Assembly (NCBI GenBank): GCA_903862845.1
Contig: CAIOZS010000210.1
Location: forward strand, 2,789-66,788
Direction of reading: 5' to 3'
DNA from: an uncultured Thermoleophilia bacterium
Lineage (GTDB): Bacteria; Actinomycetota; Thermoleophilia; UBA2241
DNA: 64,000 bases
Of the stretch, positions 46,822 to 55,856 are shown piece by piece; position 1 is the stretch's first letter, and each line of letters begins with the position of its first letter. The position numbers and the translations under genes were made by a program. The notes under the pieces were generated by a model, which saw only the letters and a program-made list of their open reading frames with translations, had not been told where the DNA came from and ran no database searches.

Positions 46822-46941
46822 GCCCCGGTCTCTCCTCCGGAAGACGGACCGTTCAGCACACCTGTCGGCACGGCAGCCGTCGAGCGCTATGGAACGATCG
46901 CCCAGAGCGGCTGATCGCCAGAGCGGCGCTCGGGAGACCGC

Positions 46942-48213
46942 TCAGCGGTCCTCGAACACCATGATGCTGCCGGAGTAGCAGCACACCCACACGCTCTTCG
47001 ACGGCGCGTCGTACGTGATACCGATCGGCGCCGCGTTGGTGTTCACGACCTGGATGACCTTCATGTCGCTGGTGCGCACCTTGCTCATCGTGTTGGAGCC
47101 GTAGTTGACCACGTAGAGCGACTTGCCGTCGGGGGCCATGGCCATGCTGCGCGGCTCCGAGCCGGTGTAGACCTTGTCGACGACGCGCTTCTCGGCGACG
47201 TCGATCTTGGCGATGTTGCCCTCGGCGTTCAGCGTGGCATAGAGCTTCTTGCCGTTCGGGCTCATGATGACGTGCCGCGGGCCCGAGCCCACGCCGCGGA
47301 TCCAGGTCACGCCCCAATCTTGCAGGTCCACGCGGGCGATGTCGTAGCTGCCCATCACGGCCACGTAGGCGTAGCGCGAGTCGGGGTCGACGGCGATGCC
47401 GCGCGGGTAGGGCCCGAGATACACCTGGCGGAGCTCCTTGCTGGTGTGCACGTCCACGACGCTCAGGGTGTAGGAGCACCAGTTGCTCACGAGCAGGTAG
47501 TCCTGGTTCGGCGTGACGGCGAGGAACTTGGGCACGGCCCCAACCTTGATGACCTTGTCGATCTTCAGAGTGTCGATGGGGACGCGGTACACGTAGCTGT
47601 CGTCGATGCCGCTGCTCGGCGAGCAGACGTCGTCGCCCTGGTGGTAGAAGCCGTCGCCGTACATGGAGTACTGGGACACGTACATGAAGCGGTGGTCGGG
47701 GGTCTCGGCGGCCTCCACGGGAGCGCCCTGGACGCTGCCCGTCTTCTTCTTGTAGCCGTAGTCGGAGAGCTTGATGCGATCCGGGATGGTCTTCACCAGC
47801 GCGAGCGTCTTGGTGTCGTACACCGTGATCGTGTGCCGGTACATCATGTTCTGCGCGAAGACGTAGCCGGTGCCGCTGGAGACCACGGACTTGGGTGAGA
47901 TGTCGGCGCTGACGATGACCTTGCGGAGCTTGAGGTTGAGCTTGTCGGACGGCGGGCCGGTCCAGGCGGCGCTGGGGCTGGGTGAGGCGGGCGCGGCGTG
48001 AGAGGGCGAGGCGGACGGCGTGCCGCTGGCCTTGCCGCCGGCCGCGGCCGTCGAGCCCCTGCCCGCGTCTTTGCCGCTGCCACGGGTCACGGCAAAGGCC
48101 GCGGCGGCGAGCGCCACGACCAGCACGACGACGGCGACCAGCGCAAGCAGGCGTCGCCGGCGGTACACGCGAGTCCGATGGCGGCGCATCCGGCGGTCCG
48201 TGCGATAGGTCAT
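46942..48213 (-). CDS. Membrane-anchored YVTN-family beta-propeller repeat protein
   Basis: N-terminal TM helix, a Pro/Ser/Ala linker, and repeated about 40-aa YVTN-like units (YV.N...S...VID). Confidence 0.7.
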   Translation of the reverse strand: MTYRTDRRMRRHRTRVYRRRRLLALVAVVVLVVALAAAAFAVTRGSGKDAGRGSTAAAGGKASGTPSASPSHAAPASPSPSAAWTGPPSDKLNLKLRKVIVSADISPKSVVSSGTGYVFAQNMMYRHTITVYDTKTLALVKTIPDRIKLSDYGYKKKTGSVQGAPVEAAETPDHRFMYVSQYSMYGDGFYHQGDDVCSPSSGIDDSYVYRVPIDTLKIDKVIKVGAVPKFLAVTPNQDYLLVSNWCSYTLSVVDVHTSKELRQVYLGPYPRGIAVDPDSRYAYVAVMGSYDIARVDLQDWGVTWIRGVGSGPRHVIMSPNGKKLYATLNAEGNIAKIDVAEKRVVDKVYTGSEPRSMAMAPDGKSLYVVNYGSNTMSKVRTSDMKVIQVVNTNAAPIGITYDAPSKSVWVCCYSGSIMVFEDR

Positions 48214-48229
48214 GGCTCGGGAGTGTAGC

Positions 48230-49363
48230 TCAGCCGAGGGCACCCTGCAGGCGGCGCAGCGCCTCCTGCAGGGTGCTCCGCGGGCAGGCGAAGTTGAGGC
48301 GCAAGAAGCCCGGGTCGCCGAAGGCGGCCCCGGGCGACAGCGCCACTCCCGCCTCCAGGCAGGCCTTGGCGGCGTCGGCGTGGTCGAGCCCGCGCACGTC
48401 CAGCCAGGCCAGGTAGGTGGCCTCGACGTGTGTCAGCGTCACGCGAGGCAGCGACTCGGCGACGAAGCGCTCGAGCAGGTCGCGATTGCCGCGCAGGTAG
48501 GCGAGCAGCTCGCTAAGCCAGTCGCCGCCCTCGCAATACGCTGCCTCCGCGGCAGCGATGGCGAAGCAGCCGGGGAAGGGGAGGAGCCCCTCGCTCGGCC
48601 GGACGAAGCGCCGCCGCAGTCCCTGATCGGCGACGATGGCGAAGGCGAAGTTGAGACCCGGCAGGTTGAAGGTCTTGCTCGGCGACATCAGCGTCACGAT
48701 GCGCTCGGCGTCGCCGGGAGACGCGAGCGCCGTCGGCACGTGGTCAAGCTCGTCGAGGATGAGGTCGCAGTGGATCTCGTCCGAGCACAGAACGAGGTCG
48801 TGGCGGCGGCAGAAGCCGGCGACCGCCGCCACCTCCTCCCCGCTCCACACCCTCCCCAGCGGGTTGTGTGGATGGCAGAAGAGGAGCACGCGGGTGTCGG
48901 GCGTGACAGCCGCTTCCATCGCCTCCAGGGGCAGCCGCCAGCGGCCGCCGACGAAGACCGCCGGCACGGTGACGAGCCGGCGGCCCTGGTTCGGCGGCGC
49001 CTCGAGGAACGGCGGGTAGACGGGCGTGACGGTCATCACCGCCTCGCCCAACCCGGCGAAGGCGCGGCAGGCGAGGTTGAGCCCGGGCACCACGCTCGGC
49101 AGCCACACCAGCCACTCGGGCTCGATGAGCCAGCCGTAGCGTGCCACCAGATGCGCGCGGATGGCATCGACGAGAGAGTCGGGGACGAGCGCGTAGCCGA
49201 AGACGCCGTGGGCCGCGCGTGCGCGCAGCGCCGCCACGACGGCCGGCGGCGAGGCGAAGTCCATGTCGGCCACCCAGAGGGGCAGGACGCCGTCGGGGTA
49301 CTTGTCCCACTTGAAGCTGGCCGAGCCTGTGCGGTCGATATGCTTGTCGAAGTCGATGCGCAT
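48230..49363 (-). CDS. MalY/PatB-type PLP-dependent C-S lyase (aminotransferase class I/II fold)
   Basis: PLP lysine region (SPSKTFNLPGL) and MalY-like N-terminus (FDKHIDRTGS.S.KWD). SD GCGAGGGACC-ATG. Confidence 0.85.
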   Translation of the reverse strand: MRIDFDKHIDRTGSASFKWDKYPDGVLPLWVADMDFASPPAVVAALRARAAHGVFGYALVPDSLVDAIRAHLVARYGWLIEPEWLVWLPSVVPGLNLACRAFAGLGEAVMTVTPVYPPFLEAPPNQGRRLVTVPAVFVGGRWRLPLEAMEAAVTPDTRVLLFCHPHNPLGRVWSGEEVAAVAGFCRRHDLVLCSDEIHCDLILDELDHVPTALASPGDAERIVTLMSPSKTFNLPGLNFAFAIVADQGLRRRFVRPSEGLLPFPGCFAIAAAEAAYCEGGDWLSELLAYLRGNRDLLERFVAESLPRVTLTHVEATYLAWLDVRGLDHADAAKACLEAGVALSPGAAFGDPGFLRLNFACPRSTLQEALRRLQGALG

Positions 49364-49429
49364 GGTCCCTCGCGTGGTCGGCGTGTCGCCGACCACGGTA
49401 TCAGACGCAGCGGCGGCGGGCGGCGGGGA

Positions 49430-49460
49430 CCTCGTTGGTCTATATTGTGCAAGGTCATAT
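49430..49460 (+). promoter_or_regulatory. AT-rich island in the divergent intergenic region; candidate promoter for the radical SAM gene
   Basis: ttggtctatattgtgcaaggtcatattcc has -35-like TTGGTC and -10-like TATATT/TATTCC elements inside an otherwise about 70% GC region. Confidence 0.25.
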
Positions 49461-49529
49461 TCCCCTCCGTCATCGCGCAACCGGCCCGTCTCGCCACGCG
49501 GCGGCCGCAGCCACATCCAAAGGACGCCC

Positions 49530-50957
49530 ATGAAGATCCGCCTTATCGAGCCCGAGGCCCCCAGCATGCACCTCTGGTCGCACTCCTATTTCGTGCGCCT
49601 CGGGCTGCCGATAATCGGCGCCGCCCTCAAGCAGCACGGCCATGACGTACGCATCTACAACCCTCAGCTCGCGCCCATCGACTGGGACGACGTGCACACC
49701 GCGGACCTCGTCGGCCTCTCCAGCACCACGTCGACGACGCCGGCCACGTACGCCATCGCCGACGGCCTGCGCCGCCGACGCATCCCCGTCATCGTCGGCG
49801 GCTCGCACGTGACCTTCATGGCCGACGAGGCGCTCGAGCACGCCGACTTCGTGGCCCGCGGCGAGGGCGGCGAGACGATCATGCTCGAGCTCGTCGACGC
49901 CCTGCAGGGCAAGCGCGAGCTCGAGTCGGTCACCGGCCTTTCCTTCCGCCGCGACGGGCAGAACGTGCACAACGAGCTGCACGAGCGCTGCGCCGACCTT
50001 GACACGCTCCCGTTCCCCGACATCACGCTTGTCGCCGGGAACGAGCGCATCACCCAGACGCCCATCATGACGAGCTGGGGCTGCCCCTTCGCCTGCAATT
50101 TCTGTTCGGTGACGGCGATGTTCGGGCGCAAGTACCGCTTCCGCAGCGCCGAGAACGTGGTCGCCGAGATCAAAGAGAAGAAGCCCGAGAAGATCTTCTT
50201 CTACGACGACAACTTCGCCGCCGACAAGAAGCGTCTCAAGAAGCTCCTGCGGCTGATGATCGACGAGGGCATCACCGTCCCTTGGGGCGCCCAGGTGCGC
50301 ACCGACGTCGTGCGCGACCAGGAGCTGCTTGAGCTCATGCGGGCCTCGGGGGCCGACTTCGTCGCCCTCGGCCTCGAATCGGTGAATCAGGAGACGCTTG
50401 ATCACTTCGAGAAGTCGCAGACAGTCGGCGACATCGAGCACGCCATCAAGGTGCTGCGCGACTACGGCATCCGCAGCCACGGCATGTTCGTGCTGGGCGC
50501 CGACAGCGACTCGCCCAGCTCCGTGCGCGATACGGTCACCTTTGCCATCAAGAACCACATCGACACGGTCATGCTCAACATCCTCACGCCGCTGCCCGGC
50601 ACCCAGCAGTTCAACGACCTCGACGCCCAGGGCCGCATCATCACCAAGGACTGGTTCCTGTACGACGCGCAGCACGTGGTCTTCGAGCCGCGGCAGATGA
50701 GCGCGGCGGAGCTGCAGCGCGAAGTGCTGCGCGGCCAGCGGCGCTTCTTCAACGCCGAACGCCCCGTGCAGAAGTTCGCCTCGTGGGTCGTCACCCGTAG
50801 CCGGCGAAGCCACGACCGGATGCTCGAGTACGGCTGGTGCTGGTGGTACGCGCGCATGTGGTGGCGCGACCCGCGCAACCGCCGGCACATGCGCATGCTC
50901 GAGGAGCGAAGCCGGCCGCAGCCGGCCGGCGCGCTCGCGGGCGCGCAGAGGTCGTAA
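49530..50957 (+). CDS. B12-binding domain radical SAM protein (class B)
   Basis: N-terminal B12-binding Rossmann region, CPFACNFC (CxxxCxxC) cluster motif, and a TIM-barrel radical SAM core. Confidence 0.85.
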   Translation: MKIRLIEPEAPSMHLWSHSYFVRLGLPIIGAALKQHGHDVRIYNPQLAPIDWDDVHTADLVGLSSTTSTTPATYAIADGLRRRRIPVIVGGSHVTFMADEALEHADFVARGEGGETIMLELVDALQGKRELESVTGLSFRRDGQNVHNELHERCADLDTLPFPDITLVAGNERITQTPIMTSWGCPFACNFCSVTAMFGRKYRFRSAENVVAEIKEKKPEKIFFYDDNFAADKKRLKKLLRLMIDEGITVPWGAQVRTDVVRDQELLELMRASGADFVALGLESVNQETLDHFEKSQTVGDIEHAIKVLRDYGIRSHGMFVLGADSDSPSSVRDTVTFAIKNHIDTVMLNILTPLPGTQQFNDLDAQGRIITKDWFLYDAQHVVFEPRQMSAAELQREVLRGQRRFFNAERPVQKFASWVVTRSRRSHDRMLEYGWCWWYARMWWRDPRNRRHMRMLEERSRPQPAGALAGAQRS

Positions 50958-51076
50958 CCTCCGGCTGCCCCCGGCGCGGCGGGCCGCCGGGCATGCGTGT
51001 CGCTCCGCCTTTGCGGGAATCAACCTCCTGCACGGCGCGCACCTCGTGCGCGCGCCACCCACAGGAAGGCGAGACA

Positions 51077-51547
51077 ATGGCCATCGCCACATTCGCGGCC
51101 GGCTGCTTCTGGGGCGTCGAACAACGGTTCGCGCAGCTCGACGGCGTCACCCGTACCGAGGTCGGCTACGCCGGCGGCTCCACGCCGCACCCGACGTACA
51201 AGCAGGTGTGCTCGCACAAGACCGGTCACGCCGAGGCGGTGCGCCTCGAGTACGATCCCGAGCGCCTCACGTATGAGCAGCTTCTGGCCGCGTTCTTCGG
51301 CATGCACGATCCCACGCAGATGAACCGCCAGGGTCCCGACGTCGGCGACCAATACCGTTCCGCGATCTTCTTCCACACGCCGGAGCAAGAGAACGCCGCG
51401 CGCGCCGCGGTGCGCGCGCTGGACACTGAAGGCAGACTCCGCAGGCCCGTCGTCACGGTCATCGCAGCGGCGCCCGAATGGTGGCCGGCCGAGGACTATC
51501 ACCAGAAGTACTTCGAGAAGCACGGCCGTTTCGGCTGCGCGATCTGA
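51077..51547 (+). CDS. msrA: Peptide methionine sulfoxide reductase MsrA
   Basis: GCFWG active-site motif with full-length similarity. Confidence 0.9.
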   Translation: MAIATFAAGCFWGVEQRFAQLDGVTRTEVGYAGGSTPHPTYKQVCSHKTGHAEAVRLEYDPERLTYEQLLAAFFGMHDPTQMNRQGPDVGDQYRSAIFFHTPEQENAARAAVRALDTEGRLRRPVVTVIAAAPEWWPAEDYHQKYFEKHGRFGCAI

Positions 51548-51613
51548 CGGGCCGGAGGGCCTCGCGGCCGCCGGCCCGCCGGCCGCGCCGCGCTTCGCGG
51601 CGGCTCCACCGCC

Positions 51614-52597
51614 TCAGGACGTCGGCGTTTCCGTGGGCGAGGGCGTCGGCGAGGGCGTCGGCGAGGGCTCGGGGTCTTCGAGGCCGTACTTGTCGAGCAG
51701 CCTCGCGGTTTTCACCGAGAACAGGTACTGGTATTTGACGCGGCCCGGCTCCACGAGGTGGAAGATGTCGAAGAAGTCGCGGTCGACGAAGTGCGCCGCG
51801 GCGACGAAGGTGAGCCAGGGGACGTCGTACTCGGCCGCCAGCCGCTCGCAGGCGGCCTTGTACGTCGACACGGGCGCGTCGAACGCGTCGCCGATGACGG
51901 GCAGGTCGCGCGGCAGGTCGACCAGAACTGGGTGGAGGCCCCGGTCCTGGCACAGACGGACGACCCTCTCCAGGACCCCGATGTTGTAGCTGTGGTGGGC
52001 GTCGAACTCGGGACCACGGGCCGCCAGCCAGTACTGCACATAGTAGCGCTTGAGCGACGTGCTCTGGATGTGCTTGTCGACCGAGTAGACGTGCTGGTAG
52101 TAGAGGCGCGGAGGAATCTCGGGCGTGGGCAGATCGAGCGCGGGATCGGAGGGCGCGTTGCAGAAGCGCCCGATGTTGATGCCGATGTAGACGATCGCCG
52201 GCATGTCTTCGGGAAGGAGCTCAACGACCTTGCGATCGAGCTCGAAGGTGTCGTGCTTGCACCCCAGATTGTAGGCGAGCACGTGAGGGCCGCCGAGCTG
52301 CAGTATCTGGGCGGCCCAGCTCTGATCGTCGATCGTGGCCTCCCGCGCCGCCGAGCCGCCGAGGAGGATGACCACCGGCTGCGCGGGCGGCTCGGCCCGC
52401 AGGTTGGCGACGATCTGCAGGCGGTGAAGGCGGTCTTTGCCGGAGTCACGAGCGTGGGCCGCCGCGGCATCGTCGGTCGCAGCGAACGCCTTCGGATACG
52501 CTGCGCCGGCGCGTGCCTGGCCGGTAACGAACGGGGCGCCGGCCGTCGCCAGACAGGCAAGCGCCGCGCAGGCGGCGACGACGGCGCGGCGTGTCAC
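51614..52597 (-). CDS. Secreted hypothetical protein, tandem paralog A (possible SGNH-like hydrolase), with a PT-rich tail
   Basis: GTG start overlapping the upstream stop (GTGA). Signal peptide. The blocks LLGGSAARE, IVYIGIN and HLVEPGR are shared with the next gene. The C-terminus is PEPSPTPSPTPSPTETPTS. Confidence 0.6.
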   Translation of the reverse strand: MTRRAVVAACAALACLATAGAPFVTGQARAGAAYPKAFAATDDAAAAHARDSGKDRLHRLQIVANLRAEPPAQPVVILLGGSAAREATIDDQSWAAQILQLGGPHVLAYNLGCKHDTFELDRKVVELLPEDMPAIVYIGINIGRFCNAPSDPALDLPTPEIPPRLYYQHVYSVDKHIQSTSLKRYYVQYWLAARGPEFDAHHSYNIGVLERVVRLCQDRGLHPVLVDLPRDLPVIGDAFDAPVSTYKAACERLAAEYDVPWLTFVAAAHFVDRDFFDIFHLVEPGRVKYQYLFSVKTARLLDKYGLEDPEPSPTPSPTPSPTETPTS

Positions 52598-53526
52598 GGA
52601 GCCGCGCCGTCCATGCCGTACTTCTTGAGAAGAGCGACGGTCTTCGCCGAGAGAAGCCGCTGCCACACGCTGCGCCCGGGCTCGACCAGGTGCCAGAGGT
52701 CGTAGAAGTCGGCGTTGGGCAGGCGAGCCGCGCCGACGAAGCTCACCCACGGGATACCGTGCTTCTTGGCGAGGGCCCGGCAGCCTGAGGCGTACCGGGC
52801 CAGCGGCGCGTCGAGGGCGTTGCCGATGATCGCCGTGTCGCGCGGCAGCTCTAGCAGCACCGCGCGCAGGCCCTGGTCCTTGCAGGCGACCAGAAGCTGC
52901 GCAAGTGTCTCGAGGTTGGAGGCGTAGTTCTTCGTGAACGCGGGGTAGCGCTTCGCCAGCCACTGGGCGAGCAGCGCCTTCTTCTTGGCGACGCTGAGGA
53001 TCTTGCTCTGGCTGTACTGGTGCTGGCGGTACGGCGGCAGCGATTGCGTCGGCTGCGGAAGATCGATGGTGGGGTTCGACGGCGGAGCAGTGAAGCGGCC
53101 GACGTTGATGCCGATGTACACGATGCCCCGCATGCTGGGCAGCGCGCGGACAAGCGCGACGTCCTCGTCCAGGGTGCGGTTGCGCGAGCCGAGATTGAAG
53201 GCGGCCACGGACGGGCCGCCGAGCTGCCGCACCTGAGCGGCCCAGCTCGCGTCGTCGATCGTGCTCTCGCGGGCCGCGGACCCGCCGAGCAGGCAGATGG
53301 CGGGCGCGGAGGGTGGCTGCGCCTTGAGATTGGCCACGACCTGCAGCACGTGCGCCCAGTCGTTGCCGGCGGCGGCGGTCACGCTTGCCGCCCCCGCTCC
53401 GCTCGTCGTCGCCGGCGCGGAGCAGGCGCCGAGAAGTGCGCCGGCGACCAGCAGGCAGGCGAGCCACGAAGGTGCCGCGACGCGCAGTCGCGCCGCGGAC
53501 CCCGCTGATCTGTGGTGCGTGGCCAT
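52594..53526 (-). CDS. Secreted or lipoprotein hypothetical protein, tandem paralog B
   Basis: Signal or lipobox-like N-terminus (LLGACSAP). It is collinear with paralog A along its full length. Confidence 0.6.
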   Translation of the reverse strand: MATHHRSAGSAARLRVAAPSWLACLLVAGALLGACSAPATTSGAGAASVTAAAGNDWAHVLQVVANLKAQPPSAPAICLLGGSAARESTIDDASWAAQVRQLGGPSVAAFNLGSRNRTLDEDVALVRALPSMRGIVYIGINVGRFTAPPSNPTIDLPQPTQSLPPYRQHQYSQSKILSVAKKKALLAQWLAKRYPAFTKNYASNLETLAQLLVACKDQGLRAVLLELPRDTAIIGNALDAPLARYASGCRALAKKHGIPWVSFVGAARLPNADFYDLWHLVEPGRSVWQRLLSAKTVALLKKYGMDGAAP

Positions 53527-53651
53527 GCCCAAGGCTCCCTCCCGCTTCAGGATGACTGTAGCACCCGGGTCCCGGCGCCGCGACACGGTCACCGCCGCGG
53601 ATGTAGTCTTGGCGAAAGGCACCACGCCGTCCGCCAAGGAGGTCAGCGCTC

Positions 53652-54776
53652 GTGAAGTACCGCCGCATGCCCATCGAAGAGGAGTCGCCCGAGCAGCTCG
53701 GCTACGACAAGATCCGCTTCAACCTCAGCGAGAGCTCCGTGCGCGACCGCTCGCTGGCCGACCTCGGCATCGAGCTCGGCGACATGCTCCTCTTCTACGG
53801 CGACCACCTCGGCAACGACACGTTTCGCGAGCTGATCGCCGCGCAGAGCGGCGGGGCGGGCGGCGGCGTGGGCCGTGACAACGTGCTCGTCACGGCGGGC
53901 GCCGCCCAGGCGCTTTTCATCATCGCCACCTCGCTGCTCGAGAAGGGCGATCACCTCGTCGTCATCCGCCCCAACTACGCCACCAACATCGAGACGCCGC
54001 GGGCCATCGAGGCGGACATCGGCTACCTCGACCTCACCTTCGAAGAAGGCTTTCGCATCGACCCCGACAAGCTCATGGCGCTGGACACGCCGCGCACGAA
54101 GTACGTGAGCATCACCCTGCCGCACAATCCCACCGGGGTGACCATGAGCGAGGCCGACCTGCGCAGCGTCGTCGGCCGGGTCGAAGCCGCCGGCTGCCGG
54201 CTGCTCGTCGACGAGACCTACCGCGAGATGACCTTCGGCGACCCGCTGCCCGTGGCCGCCACGCTGAGCGACCGCGTCATCAGCGTCAGCTCGCTGTCCA
54301 AGACCTACGGCATCCCCGGCATCCGCTGCGGCTGGCTCGTCTGCCGCGACCGCGACCTCATGGCCACGTTCCTCGCCGCCAAGGAGCAGATCGGGATCTG
54401 CGGCAGCATCGTGGACGAGGAGATCGCGGCGCGCGCTTTCGCAGAGCGCGACACCTGGCTGCCGCAGATCAACGCCCGCATCCGCCGCCGCTTCGAGGTG
54501 GTCAGCGGCTGGATGGCGGGCGAGGAGCTGATGGAGTGGGTGGAGCCGCGCGGCGGCTGCGTGTGCTTCCCGCGGGTCAAGCCGGACGTGCCGGTGGACG
54601 TCGACGAGCTCTACCGCGCGCTGAACGACCGGCACGGCGCCTACGTCGGCCCCGGCCACTGGTTCGAGCAGTCGCGCCGCCACATGCGCGTCGGCTACGG
54701 CTGGCCGCTGCCCGACGAGCTGGAGGGCGGCCTGGCCGCCATCTCCTCGTCGCTGCGCGCGGCCTTGAGCCTGTGA
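53652..54776 (+). CDS. PLP-dependent aminotransferase (class I/II)
   Basis: SLSKTYGIPGIRCGW lysine region. GTG start after AAGGAGG. Confidence 0.85.
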   Translation: MKYRRMPIEEESPEQLGYDKIRFNLSESSVRDRSLADLGIELGDMLLFYGDHLGNDTFRELIAAQSGGAGGGVGRDNVLVTAGAAQALFIIATSLLEKGDHLVVIRPNYATNIETPRAIEADIGYLDLTFEEGFRIDPDKLMALDTPRTKYVSITLPHNPTGVTMSEADLRSVVGRVEAAGCRLLVDETYREMTFGDPLPVAATLSDRVISVSSLSKTYGIPGIRCGWLVCRDRDLMATFLAAKEQIGICGSIVDEEIAARAFAERDTWLPQINARIRRRFEVVSGWMAGEELMEWVEPRGGCVCFPRVKPDVPVDVDELYRALNDRHGAYVGPGHWFEQSRRHMRVGYGWPLPDELEGGLAAISSSLRAALSL

Positions 54777-55639
54777 GGCTGAGCGTGGAACACACCGACG
54801 CGCAGCTCGCGGCCGCCGACGGCCTTGTGCTCTTGCGACGGGCGTGGCGCCCCGAAGGTGAGCCGGCCGCCGTGCTCGCGGTGGTCCACGGGTACGGCGA
54901 GCACGGCGGCCGCTACCGCGGGCTCGCCGAGGACATGGCGACGCGCGGCTGCGCGGCGCACGTGTACGACCTGCGCGGCCACGGCCGCTCGGGCGGGCGA
55001 CGGGGGCACCTAGGCCGTTTCGGCGACTATCTCGACGACACCGCTGTCTTCCTCGAGGCCGTGCGTGAAGAAGAGCCTGGGCGGCCACTGTATCTGCTCG
55101 GCCACAGCCTCGGCGGGCTCATCGCCGCCGCGTTTGTCGAGGAGCGGCCGACCGACGGTCTGGCCGGTCTCATCCTCTGTTCGCCGTTCTTGCGCCTCGG
55201 CATGCCGGTACCACCGCTCAAGCTCCACGCCGCGCGGGTGCTCTCGCTGGTCGCGCCCGCCCTGAACATCGGCAACACCCTCGACCCCGCCGGCCTCTCG
55301 CACGATCAAGACGTCGTGAGGGCCTACGGCACCGACCCGCTGAACCATCACGTAGCCACGGCCAGGTGGGCCGTCGAGGTGGTGACCGCGCAGAGCGCGG
55401 CTCTCTCGGCGGCCGGCCGCATCCGTCTGCCGCTCCTGCTGCTGTACGGCGACGCCGACGCGGTCGCCGATCCGCAGGCCGGCCGGGAGCTGTTCGCCGC
55501 CGCCGGCTCGACCGACAAGACGGTGCACCGCTACGAGGGCTACTACCACGAGATTTTCAACGAGACGGGGCGCGACGCGGTCGTCGCCGATCTCGCGGCC
55601 TGGCTCGCGGCGCGAGAGCCGGCCGGAACGGCCGGTTAG
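54773..55639 (+). CDS. Alpha/beta hydrolase (lysophospholipase or monoacylglycerol lipase-like)
   Basis: HGYGEHGGRY oxyanion-hole region, GHSLGG nucleophile elbow, and the C-terminal Asp/His. Confidence 0.8.
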   Translation: MRLSVEHTDAQLAAADGLVLLRRAWRPEGEPAAVLAVVHGYGEHGGRYRGLAEDMATRGCAAHVYDLRGHGRSGGRRGHLGRFGDYLDDTAVFLEAVREEEPGRPLYLLGHSLGGLIAAAFVEERPTDGLAGLILCSPFLRLGMPVPPLKLHAARVLSLVAPALNIGNTLDPAGLSHDQDVVRAYGTDPLNHHVATARWAVEVVTAQSAALSAAGRIRLPLLLLYGDADAVADPQAGRELFAAAGSTDKTVHRYEGYYHEIFNETGRDAVVADLAAWLAAREPAGTAG

Positions 55640-55856
55640 CCGCGCGCCGGCCCTCGCGCCGCGGTCATCGGCAGCCGGCGCAACCCCATGCGCAGGACCG
55701 CGTGGCCCTGGACGTTTCTAGGCTGCAGGGGCAGCAGAGAGAAGATCCCGAGCATCCCGAGACTGACGAGGTCGGCGAGCGTAGCGGCTGCGGTGAGCGT
55801 GCGGGGCGGGGCCGCAAGCGGCCCCGCCCCGCATGGGTCACAGGTGTCCCCTTGGC

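Noticed and set aside
51614-53674. A single 686-aa minus-strand ORF
   Set aside because: It is really two paralogous genes. The upstream part of the long ORF is an out-of-frame read-through across paralog B.
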